Assembly: GCF_001949145.1 (NCBI RefSeq)
Contig: NW_019091358.1
Location: forward strand, 1,426,961 to 1,490,960
DNA from: Acanthaster planci
Taxonomy: Eukaryota
Length of the DNA: 64,000 bases
Direction: 5' to 3'
Shown piece after piece: positions 23,401 to 33,479 of this stretch. A program made the position numbers and the translations under genes. Position 1 is the stretch's first letter, and the number at the start of each line of letters is the position of its first letter. A model generated the notes under the pieces. That model made no database searches and was not told the origin of the DNA. It worked only from the letters and a program-made list of their open reading frames with translations.

Positions 23401-26400
23401 TCCTCTTGTACAGTGACTATGCTTCTGGCCAACAATGAAAATGGTATTGAGATGAATCACCAACTATACGTTTTATATTGTATTATGAAATGTATGAGTA
23501 CTTGCTTCGGTTCTTCATCAGTGAGATTCAATTGGTTTATACAGCAAGTGGGTGTGTCTAAATTACCTAATGGGAAAGTCTGCATTCTGATTGGCTGACG
23601 CATTTAATGTAGTTTGGGCAATAATGTGAAGGCCTAACAGGGACTGTTGTGGCCTATAAAAGGCAGTGCATGGAGATTAAAACAGCACTTCCAGAAGTGA
23701 TCCTAAAAAGACGGAAGTGGGGACAGAACGTAAGTCTAAACAGTTTCACTGTGTGCATTTTCTTATTGTCCAGTCTGTCCGTCCAATCCACAGGTACATC
23801 CNNNNNNNNNNNNNNNNNNNNNNNNNNNNNNNNNNNNNNNNNNNNNNNNNNNNNNNNNNNNNNNNNNNNNNNNNNNNNNNNNNNNNNNNNNNNNNNNNNN
23901 NNNNNNNNNNNNNNNNNNNNNNNNNNNNNNNNNNNNNNNNNNNNNNNNNNNNNNNNNNNNNNNNNNNNNNNNNNNNNNNNNNNNNNNNNNNNNNNNNNNN
24001 NNNNNNNNNNNNNNNNNNNNNNNNNNNNNNNNNNNNNNNNNNNNNNNNNNNNNNNNNNNNNNNNNNNNNNNNNNNNNNNNNNNNNNNNNNNNNNNNNNNN
24101 NNNNNNCAAAGTCCACAGGTACATCCACAAAGTCCACAGGTACATCCACAAAGTCCACAGGTACATCCACAAAGTCCACAGGTACATCCACAAAGTCCAC
24201 AGGTACATCCATAAAGTCCACAGGTACATATAATCACAAAATCTCCAGGTGCTTGCAATCCACAAAATCCACAGGTAATCCATGGAATCCCAGGTCCACT
24301 TATCCCCCAAATAATAGTCCTAAACTGACTGGCTCGCCACTACTGTTAAAACACTGGATGTCTAGCCGTTGTCCGGTGCTGTGGCCTTCAACTGCAGGGA
24401 CCGACCATCATTGACCAAAACCGAGGGTACAGGGGTTTTAATGAAGGCTGTTACAATATGAACTCATAGCAGTGTATATGCTCCATTACTGAGGCGAGTG
24501 CAATAAAAATCCTTGCGCATAAATTATAACATACCTTGCAAATTGCATTATACATGTAAATGCACAAGTGTTCTTCAAAATGTGAGCCTCTCTGCTTTAC
24601 GTTTTCTTGTCTCTAGAGCCAAAGTCTATTTTCTTCAACCTGGTACATGTAGGTGCATGAGCATAGGGTATTAACTGATGATCCAAAGCCAACAATGAAA
24701 GCTGCAGTGTGCACCGACAGATTTTTCACCCTACGGCACACATGTCACATTCTCCTTGCCTATGACAAAACACGCTTTTCATGTTTACAGCAGGTTGGCA
24801 TGGTCATGCTCTGACCATCTCTAACCAATCATTTCACTTACTCATGATGAGGTCTGTGTACAGCATGTAGACAGCTTTGCTCTCCCATGGATTCTCGCTC
24901 TGGAGATCGATGGTGTGCAGGACGTACTTGAAGCTAATGTTGATGATGATGGTAAACAGAATGGCATACTGAAATCAACACAGGGGAAAAAAATCAAGGG
25001 TAAACTGTAAAACAGGATGCTGACGAGTAAAGTGTGAACACACGAAAAACTGATTCAACCAAACTTTGTAATCATCAAGTTCACGAACCTATGATAGTGA
25101 ATTAATGGTATCCACAAGAGGACCACTTTTGTGGCTCTTTTCAACATTTTGATCTCATGAGAACAGAAAAAATTTAGCAAACACATGAAGCTTACCCGCT
25201 GAAATGTATTGCAATGAACACGGATTTGACCTTTTTTGAATACTTGGTTCACGTGTAAGTGAAGACAGATTTGCCAAGTGGCACTCCAGCTTGAAGGCAA
25301 CTCCTTGCAGACAAATGGCTGAAGTGACGACAACGATTCCAAGTATTTACGTATTTCCTTCAGAAGACTTTCCACCCTTGATGATTTTTGAATGAAAATT
25401 CACCAGCTTTTTTTTTTCAATTTTTGACTGAATGTGCACAAACACAAAGTACCTTTGCAGTTGGGGATGCATCATTGTGAGCACAGGGGTACAGGTATCG
25501 ATAAACCAAAAACGGCCATTGATGTCGGTAAGGATTTGAATTTCCTTCAGAAGCAAAGCTCACTGAAAAAACCATGCTACAGGTACTACAGCTTCAGAAC
25601 TGGGTATATACAGGACTAGGACCTCCATCTGGGCTAATGGGCTAAATCTAAAGTACTAAAACCATGATGGTACACCAAGCATCTCTCACCTCAAATCCAA
25701 ACACTAATTGCACCGATGCCCCCTTGGTAAGCGTACTGTAGTAGGCATAATTCATAAACATCATGTCCAGTGTTCCCAACACAGCTAGGAGACCTGTTCA
25801 AAAGGACAAACGGGGTAAATGTGTTTAGCTGCTCATGAACTTAAAAAGCCCAGCTGAAGTTTAACAATTGCAATTCATATACCACTGCGTTCTTTGCATC
25901 CAATTCACAAAGTGATAAAAGCAATAACTACAAAAAGTACTGGACTNNNNNNNNNNNNNNNNNNNNNNNNNNNNNNNNNNNNNNNNNNNNNNNNNNNNNN
26001 NNNNNNNNNNNNNNNNNNNNNNNNNNNNNNNNNNNNNNNNNNNNNNNNNNNNNNNNNNNNNNNNNNNNNNNNNNNNNNNNNNNNNNNNNNNNNNNNNNNN
26101 NNNNNNNNNNNNNNNNNNNNNNNNNNNNNNNNNNNNNNNNNNNNNNNNNNNNNNNNNNTTGGACTTTTTCTGAGTTTTTCGGAGGTATGCCAAACCCAAT
26201 GCAAAAGCCAGCTGTTTGGGCCGACCAGACCTATCCCCACAGAATTAAACACTTTACTACTGTTTAATTCTGTGTGGTTGGGGAATGTTAGGGTTGATGA
26301 AAGTGAAGCAGAAAGATCATGCTGACTTTATGTATTAAGTCATTTAAGTGAATATATTCGCAGACCTAAAAAAAAAAGACAGGTTTGGTCACACTGGTAC

Positions 26401-29400
26401 ATGTGTATTTTAACCCGAAAATAAAATTATTCTTTGAGTGTCAAAAGAGTAAAAGTTTTCCATGTAATCATCTCCTTCCACTCACCTAAAACCCGAATAT
26501 GAAATAACCACGAGATGACAGGACTTCTTTCCATCTGCACGAAAACATGGAATTTAAACAACTTTTAGGCAACAATGCTCCAGAAATAACACAGTCTTTC
26601 ACAGTACGTGGTTTGGATTATTGTTACCAAAACTGCCAAGGCAGTTGAAGCAGGATATGTCCTGAAAACCTCTCTCAAGCCACTGCTGAGAAACACGCTG
26701 TACGTCAATTTCCTGGGTCCAACAAAAAGCACTGGCGTATATGCGTAGCAATGGGATGTACACGTTCAACCATCAGTCCAACAAGAGATGATAGACTTTT
26801 ATTTTTCCATGAGAGTAAATCCTCTAAGTCTCCGCCCCTTTTGTTCCCATCTGGGCATAACCCAATTCAAATCTTGGCGCCAAACGGGCAGGTGGCACTT
26901 ACATAGTCCACCCTGTCCTCAGCCAGCCAATGGAAGCACTTAAGGAAGAGCAGGAAGGTGAACATGGCGACAAACTTGGGGCTGAAGTCGTCCCTGAAGA
27001 CAGTAAATGCCAAGCAGGTCTCTGTCACTGCATACCAAGAGCGCTCTATCAGATGCTGAGGGGATAGCAAATGGTCACACGTTGGCATTGCAAGAGGTTC
27101 TCAACAAATGGTCACCGAAATTTGAGTGGCTACAAGCTAAGTTACAAATGGTAAATTCTCTAAGGATTGGTGGAATGATTTCAGATGAACACTAACGGTA
27201 TATGCACATGTACTGTATACGACTCAAACAAGTGTTTTCTACCAAAGAGTTACAGGTGCCAACTTATCTGTGCATCTTTACAAATATTGGTTTTTGTCAA
27301 TCATTCTTTATTTTTACCACACCCCTCAGCCATTTACAAATTTGACATTACATTTATCTTTACAGTGTATTAACTTATATGTTAAATTAACATTATGTTA
27401 GCGACATAAGTACTTTTATATTTTTCCAAATTTTTTTTATGTGGAAGATTTCAAAAGGCATACGCAGTTTGTCGAGTAGGAATCCCAAACACAACAAATT
27501 ACATGTACGTATGTAGCTATTATTAAACATAAGAACATATGAAACAAATTCCTGCATACTCCTGCAACTTTCAGGGATTTGCTGATTTTCTTTTTAATTT
27601 GATGCTCACCACAATTGGGATCCTTCATGAAAGCTGTTTGTCCAATCTGTCAACTATAGATCAAAATATTAAGCTAAAATATGTGACCCACTATGCCCAA
27701 ACCAGGCTGAGGTAGGTAACTTCATATTACCCCAAGTAGAGGAACTTCCAGTGTTCATGGAAGTTCCACAACTGTCCCTGCCTGTAAGTACCAAAGCTTA
27801 CAGCAGACAGAGTTTACAATTTGGTTTACTTTGAAACGTGAAAAAAAGGGAGAGAGGAATTGTCAAGCGTCACAGTTACCGGTGCCTCCTTCAGCCTACT
27901 GTTGGAATGATGGGTTACATGAGCTCAGTACATGAAAGTGAGAACTAATGTGATACAAATCATGTGAAAGAAGGCCCTTTAGACAAATTTCACAGTGAAT
28001 CAGCCGGTTACAATGTCAGGTTCTGCCCCCCTTTTACTCACCTCCATTTCTGCTGCTCTGAGCTGGCCAAAAAATACCTTCTTAAACAGCTTCCCCATCA
28101 GGACTACTAACACAAAGGCTTGCATGTAGATCACCTGCAAAATAAGCAAATAGAGCCGAGTCAATTCGAATAATTCATTTGAATATTTGACCGTCATTTT
28201 GATCGAATATATCCGAGTATTCGGTTGTACTGACCGGAAAATTGTTAATGAACAAATCGTTTAGCACTGCTAAACGTAATGGACAACACGTCCGGTGCCC
28301 CAACTGTATAAGGTACTCGTACATGCGTACTTGGAGGACCATGTTCGTCTGTAGAGTTATTGCACCAGCAAAACCTAGGCACGCGTAGAATGAGAGGAGG
28401 CATTGAGAAGTTAGGCTTTAGTGTTGTACTGTACATGTGTCAAGTGAAAAACGGTCAGATTTGACATTGCATGACATTGCATTGTAAGTAGGTATGCGAC
28501 ACCACGCGATCTCGGACGCTCTGCATTGTGGTCATGCTGCATGTTACCAATACTGCATGCATGTGTCGGTAGTGTTTTTTAACTGCCAGGTACATTGAAA
28601 AGCATGCTTTCATACGCGGCACGAGAAAAGCTGCCATTCAACATTGTGCGGTCTTTTTCTGTGCAAAGTACTCAAGCGGGCTTTTAGTATGTCAACAAAT
28701 CAGCATATTTTAACCGAACTCAAGGTAAAACGCTCTGAAAAACACATGGAACTCCGAACATTCAGTTTATAAATATATTTTTCTCTAATACCGTGAAAAT
28801 TTGAAACCCACACACTTTGAACTGTGATCCGCAAAAAAAGGTCATCCGATGCGTCAGCTCCAGCTGTTGATCAAACATGTTTAATGCGTTCTACCACGAG
28901 AATCTTGGCAGTTGAAATATACTCCAAAAATCAAGTTTGCTTATTATTAATTTAAAATGGTAACAGCCTTTCTTCCGGTTTTCTTTATTTTTACACGCCA
29001 AAATTTTATTCCCAAATCCAATTTTAAAATAAATGTAATAGTATCACACTTGATACTGCCCTCAAAAGTTGAATTATAGGTCATATTAAAGCTTTTTTTA
29101 TGCTCTTTACAATGGTACCAAATTCCAGGAGAAAAACAATTTTCATTTTTTTTGGTCACCCACAAGCTTAGGCCTACTTGGTAGGTCTACTTAAGTTGTA
29201 ACTTGTATTTTGTAAGGTAGGCTACAGACTAATAATATAGTATGCCAGTCATCAGTACTCAGTAGGACTAGGAGGTCAAAGGTATTTTTGGTAACTACCT
29301 GACTACTGCCTTTTACTGGGATTTTTGGGGGACTGTTTACGCTTTACTATATGTAATGTCGTGGATGACCGATCCAATACAAAATTCAAAAATTTTACTT

Positions 29401-30109
29401 AACGTTAGGAATAGGGGGGTTTATGACCATTAGCACCCTGTTCCTATTATAAGGAAACAAAGTCCACTTTCTCAAACTAACTAACATTTTGACCTTAAGG
29501 AACCATTACTCAATGCTGATAGACGTAGTTTAGGTAAATTTTGACAACATTTAAGCAAGAAAACTTCAAATTTCTAACCTGAGTTTGGCAAAAGACAACC
29601 ACTCAGTCGAATCACGCCATTTTGTTTTTCGTCCAGTTACCCGACTCTCCATCCAGGTCAAGGCACCAGACTACATTCGCTTATTTGTTGTTCACAGCTA
29701 CCAATCGGGGCAGTCATGTACGCTGCCATTTTACCCATAACCAAAAGCCCTGTTCTCTTTTCTTTCTGATATGTAATAGGACATCACCAACAACTTGTTT
29801 AGATAAGTTACTTCGAAAAAGTAGAATTTGTTCCCTTATAAAAGGAACTGGGTGCTAAAGGTAATGAACCCCAGCAGAATAGGAGCCCTAGCCTAGGCCT
29901 ACTTCCGTTAAACGCTGAAGCACTGCACTACAGTATCAGTACCTAGGTAGGGCCTATGGTTATCACACAGGTTTACTTACCGCCATACTCGGGTTTGATT
30001 TCGTCAGATACACGACTGATGGGTAAAATTGCTTCTTCTGAAAGAATGCATGACCAACTACAGACGCTGTAAGGCCAAAACTGGCCACTGTGAGTAAAAA
30101 ACCTCTCAT
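17477..30109 (-). CDS. SYVN1: E3 ubiquitin-protein ligase synoviolin / HRD1
   Basis: 14 coding exons, 5'->3': 30109-29981, 28134-28042, 27055-26903, 26534-26486, 25793-25690, 24968-24842, 23232-23133, 22519-22454, 21796-21546, 20916-20692, 20017-19901, 18926-18743, 18229-18039, 17631-17477. Motifs: QFYPSVVYLTKSN, FFGQLRAAEME, ERSWYAVTETCLAFTVFRDDF, RING-H2 CIICREEM...CGHIFHTACLRSWFQRQQTCPTCR, LTEEELRAMEG, C-terminal EIRRRRLQRL. Confidence 0.97.
18333..18660. repeat. 20-bp minisatellite (ACTTCTGAGTACTTGTGAAG-like), about 16 degenerate copies, in a SYVN1 intron
   Basis: Visible tandem periodicity of 20 with no unique spacers. Confidence 0.9.
19311..19596. mobile_element. Foldback element / MITE in a SYVN1 intron
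   Basis: About 90-bp imperfect arms, including CTGTTGCTATACCTCGTGATTTGGGGCAAGCTTT / AAAGCTTGCCCCGAATCACGACGTATAGCAACAG, extending outwards to CACTGAGTT / AACTCAGTG. Confidence 0.75.
21925..22140 (-). mobile_element. tRNA-derived SINE remnant
   Basis: Minus strand reads GTGTGGCCTGGTTG (A box-like), GGTTCAAATC (B box-like), then TGTGACCTTGGGCAAGTGACTT (core-like segment). Confidence 0.7.
23788..24278. repeat. 21-bp minisatellite (CAAAGTCCACAGGTACATCCA)n spanning an N-gap
   Basis: Near-identical tandem copies at 24107-24228 and the same unit entering the gap at 23788-23801. Confidence 0.92.
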
Positions 30110-30367
30110 TTTAGACACAGAATTCCCCGAGACTCCTACTAGTACTAGACCAGAATTTAGAACAAAATTAAACTGTGATTTTGACCCTGCCCAACGACCT
30201 TTCACACAACTGGCCCTCATGTGTGCCCGTCAAGAAAACGCGTTCTTTTCCATGCATACGGGGAAGGCTACCGATTACCAGCCTGGAATAACACATCATC
30301 AAACTAAATAGAGGGCGCTAAATATTTTAGCAGTAGAGATGTTTTGCATGCTATCAAGCGTAGTTCA

Positions 30368-30386
30368 CGTGGCTCATCCTCATTTG
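30368..30386 (-). promoter_or_regulatory. ERSE-like element upstream of SYVN1
   Basis: Minus strand CAAAT-GAGGATGAG-CCACG matches CCAAT-N9-CCACG with one mismatch, about 260 bp upstream of the ATG. Confidence 0.55.
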
Positions 30387-31133
30387 TCAACAACTTGCAC
30401 AAGAGATATGTCACGAATTTCTCTTTACTTTTCCTGTTTCCTGTGACTGACGGAAGGCTTAAAACAGGGCGATCAGGAAAATGATCTGGACATACTTTAT
30501 CATCTACCCTAACTGGAGACTGTACATACATTTAAGTATAAGTATTACTTTGGTATGCCCCTATAAAATGTATCGGGGATTCGCCCCGTCAGAAAATCAA
30601 AAATTAAACTTCCAGAAAGTTTTATTTTATCCAACTTAAGGAAATGAACTCAAACATCACGGCCATTCAGTGCGACTATTAAGAAAATCTGCTCTGGAAA
30701 TCTAGCGGAAAACTAAACTAGAAATTTGAACCAGATGGAAGATTTGAACGAAGAGAGGCGGAGACCACCCATGACTCCGTCTTGTCTTTTAGCTTTTCCG
30801 TTTCGGATTCTTGTAATTTTGATGTTCTGTAAAATTTACATTTAATCATTTATTTTCAAATGTTTTTTATTGTATTATACACACAGAGAAACAACTTACA
30901 TTTTCTCAACGTTATACCCGTACAGAAAAAAATATTTGAAATTTAAATTAAACCCTCTAGGGGAATTGAAAAGATCCGATGTTCAATTTTTCAATCAATT
31001 ATGCAAAGTTGGTTATATATAGCAAAAACGTTAATAGATTATTAAACATCTATCTTGAATAAGCTTCAATCGCATCAAATACTATGGAAAACTTCGCGAG
31101 GGACATAGGTTTGCTAGGCCGAGTGCTTGGCGC

Positions 31134-31482
31134 AGAGGCCACCAGCGAAAATGTTGGAAATTGGGCAGGGGTGGGGGGGGGTGTTGCCCGGCCATGGAAA
31201 TTCGAAAAGGTGGGGGGTGGGGGGTTGACACCATATCATACACTTTATGTCGGGGCAATGTCAAATGAATGCAGGAGATGGCATGTTTATGACTTTTTAA
31301 ATTTGCCTTCCTTTTTAGTGATATTGTAAGAATTGGAGTTGTTGGAAAATCAAATAAATTCTTTACAATCCGCTTAATCATTTTGCTCATCACAAAAATT
31401 GTGGTGGGATGATTCAATAGCCCATCCACTCCCACCTCAAAAAGTGGGGGGGGGGGTTAATACCCCCGGGATTTTTGCTCAT
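31134..31482 (+). repeat. Dispersed G-tract-rich repeat family, copy 1 (others at 38251-38930 and 51935-52200)
   Basis: Shared blocks GGCCATGGAAATT, ACACCAT, GGGGCRATG, GTTGTTGG, CTCAYCACRAAAA, ATAGCCC, CCCACCTCAAAAAGT, ATTT(A/T)(C/T)GC(T/C)CAYG, each present in at least two copies. Confidence 0.7.
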
Positions 31483-31883
31483 GCTTGACACATTTCCGGA
31501 CGCCACCGGCTATACGGAACCTAATGATACTGGCGGCGTAGTGCACTTTTCAATTTAACATAATGTAAGACAATTTTCTACATTTTTCAACCAGTCTTAC
31601 TAGTTCTCGGACGGTGATTTGCTATATTTTGCCCAAAAATCGAAAATGTGTCGTACTAACACAAAGACTAACTGCGACTATAACAGCGTCATCGGGGGTA
31701 TATACTGTCACTTTTCGCCGTGAGCCAGATTTTTTCCATAAAAAGCAAAACCTCATTATAAATGATTGAATTTCTAGAACTTTCCAAAGGGAAACCCACT
31801 CTTTTCGTGAATTTTTTTCAGTGTAAACTTGGACGGTTGAAGTTTAGCCGAGTATCTGAGAACGGCTTCATTATGGTTCCAAC

Positions 31884-32136
31884 CAGGGTGAGGCTAAAAG
31901 CCAGGCACTCCGTGCATGACGTCACTACGCGTGTGACTCCGTTCAACTTAACTGCCCATGTACGAATACCCAATTGTAACTCATCGTGCACGCGTGACCT
32001 AGTCGTGAGCGTGTTGTTCCTTCCTCCATGTTTAATTACAGTGTGGTCGGTCCACCATATCTGTGTTAAGTAAATGGGTTTTCATGCAGTGACGTTTTGC
32101 GTAGTGACGTCATGCACGGAGTGCCTGGCTCACCCT
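31884..32136. mobile_element. MITE (possibly hAT-like) with a perfect 32-bp inverted repeat, each arm containing TGACGTCA
   Basis: AGCCAGGCACTCCGTGCATGACGTCACTACGC (31899-31930) is the exact reverse complement of 32099-32130. Outer AGGGTGAG/CTCACCCT. Flanks GTTCCAAC / CTTCCAAT may be a decayed 8-bp TSD. Confidence 0.8.
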
Positions 32137-32139
32137 CTT

Positions 32140-32325
32140 CCAATAGTCATTTCCTCTTCCAATCATTGAATGGAGATCAATGGTCCAATGTTCGGGATTA
32201 AGTGCGCCCTCTAAAGTTTGCCATTTCACGGGTTCTCCTTGTACCTTTCTGAATCCAAATGCGCTGCGGGCGCGCACCAGCTATCCAGCAGACGATTTGA
32301 AGTTTAGAACGCGCGAAAGTTCAAA
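32140..32325 (+). promoter_or_regulatory. Candidate cell-cycle promoter of Speedy (CCAAT x3, CHR, E2F)
   Basis: CCAAT at 32140, 32159, 32185; TTTGAA at 32296; GCGCGAAA (E2F TTTCGCGC reverse complement) at 32311; TTCAAA at 32320; CpG-rich. Confidence 0.5.
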
Positions 32326-33479
32326 AGTTGAGTTGAAAATATTCGTCGTCGCATAAGCCTGGTACATGACATATAGCCTACATGACATAGACCCCAGTGC
32401 AGCAGTCACGCACAGTCGTAGGCCTAGGCCTAAATGTTCAAGTGAGTGAAACAGTCCTACCAAGTAGCCTACCATTATTGTTTACCTGTGTCAGCGGGAA
32501 GACATTATTGTCGAAGGAAGGTTTCCAGCTAATCCGTACGGTGGAGTCCTGAACTTGGACTAGGCCTAGATTGGATGTCTGACTCAAGGTTAGGCCTAGC
32601 TAAGGCTAAGCCTGTGTGAGTGTGACCGCAGTTAGCGATTAGAAGTTCTTGTAGTTGTAGAAACCCCTGGTTATTAATCAACAGAACTTCAGATAGTAGG
32701 CCTAAGGTTTCCCATTCTCAATTTATTATTTGAAATTAGGCCTAGGCCTACTAATCCTAGGCTTCCATACTAATACTAGTAGTATGGGATTCATTTTGTG
32801 ACTAGCCTAACGTTTATCACGTACCTGGACCTGGTTAGCAGGTTAGGGCAGTCTAAGCTTAGAAGCTGATAAGAGGTAGGATCCTAGCCTAGGACCTTTC
32901 TATGGTAGGTCTGTCACATTGCGTGCTTAGGGCAGCCTTAACCTTGGTTGAAGTGAACATGTTTTGGCTCATGCATTTATTTAGGGCCTTCTTCTGGGCC
33001 CTATCAACTTAAACTTCAGAGTTCACTTAGGCTACTACAAGCCTACTTTTAAAAGTGCCTAGGCCTATTATTATGCTGGGCTTAAGTTACTCAAAGCCCT
33101 AACCTAGAGGCCTGCATAGATTGCACTACACTCACACTCCAGAGGCTTCTCATGGGCCCAAGGCAAGGAGCTCACCACAAGCACTGCATTGGCCTCAGTA
33201 TGCATGCCCATCAATGAATTACAGCTGGTGGGCCTTCTTCTGACACTTGCACTGGACCAGCAGTGCGTGTAGGTCCCAGTACTGAACTTTTTTTACAATG
33301 TAAAAAAATCTTTAAAAATGATGCACTAAATCTACCAGATCTGCATATTAATTGCCATTTACGAGTTTGGCAAAATAGGTTTAACTTATTATCCATATGT
33401 ACAGAATACATTCACAGGCAAATGTACATTTCTTTTTATTAAAGGTCATGGACGAGATGTGAAATTTTTCAGCAAGGCT

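Noticed and set aside
23788..24278. CRISPR-like regular repeats / repetitive ORFs (KVHRYIH)n
   Set aside because: Head-to-tail 21-mers with no unique spacers, inside an intron of a eukaryotic gene. The ORFs are an artefact of unit length and the N-gap.
32574..32590. ATG TCT GAC TCA AG|GT as first coding exon of Speedy
   Set aside because: Splicing to 33445 gives the wrong frame and an early stop; could only be 5'UTR/uORF.
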